DNA of 49,891 nt, the filler included, from Bipalium vagum (lineage: Eukaryota): the NCBI GenBank assembly GCA_037834085.1. It is 3 parts of 3 records of this genome, joined end to end, with 100 filler letters (N's around TTAATTAATTAA, not from the genome) between each part and the next. Parts side by side here need not be neighbours in the genome. Positions count along the whole stretch, not along the records: positions 33,202 to 49,891 come from JBBMKC010098172.1; 2 more parts are not named here. The stretch is one strand, 5' to 3'. Positions 49,710-49,891 of the stretch are shown here, piece by piece; position 1 is the stretch's first letter; every line of letters begins with the position of its first letter. Below the pieces are notes generated by a model. The model was given only the letters and a program-made list of their open reading frames with translations. It was not told where the DNA came from and ran no database searches. The translations under genes and the position numbers were made by a program.

Positions 49710-49891
49710 TTAGGTTGTCTAATAAATTCGTTCCGTTTTTTTTCGATGTCATTTTGAATGACATTAGATGCATCTATTATTAATTAAATTTAATATTTAA
49801 ATAGACAGATCAGATGTTTGTTATTTATTAATAGTTGTTTTAACTCATTAGTTTTACATGAAATTCAAAATGGATATCCAATTCAATAAAA
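49710..49891. mobile_element. Mariner terminus running off the window
   Basis: TA-TTAGGTTGTCTAATAAATTCGTTCCGTTTTT, a mariner-type TIR. Confidence 0.7.

Noticed and set aside
1-49891. tRNA, rRNA, snRNA, spliced-leader RNA, CRISPR or prokaryotic operons
   Set aside because: No recognisable signatures by eye, and the window is spliced eukaryotic DNA. A covariance-model scan was not possible.

Overview
Eukaryotic (metazoan), very AT-rich and transposon-dense sequence. Introns are GT-AG and bimodal, mostly 44-78 nt, with a few kb-scale TE-filled ones. A flatworm/planarian-like lophotrochozoan source is my inference only. Host genes: the 3' half of RAD50 (+, 2785-6503, 10 exons reconstructed in phase); two N-terminal exons of a TRPM channel (+, 17831-19175) with no further exon in the window; a putative multi-exon minus-strand gene with a PDZ-like segment (~20.9-29 kb); a compact KLF10/11/cabut-like zinc-finger gene (-, 36596-37919); and the last two exons of ATG2 (-, 48543-48933). 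The rest is TE debris: about ten mariner relics, Tc1, DD37E, maT/DD37D, Merlin, a hAT MITE with perfect TSD, a NeSL/R5-like RLE non-LTR retrotransposon, and several related Ty3/Gypsy-type LTRs. The most notable unexplained pattern is that five LTR copies, four of them divergent, share one architecture: TATA box, GC-rich stem-loop, then a GT(A/G)A splice-donor-like site 210-270 nt after the TATA. This makes solo LTRs potential portable promoter plus first-exon cassettes. Two 100-nt artificial linkers (44N-TTAATTAATTAA-44N) mean adjacency across 16.3 kb and 33.1 kb is not guaranteed. All calls were made by eye, with no database searches.
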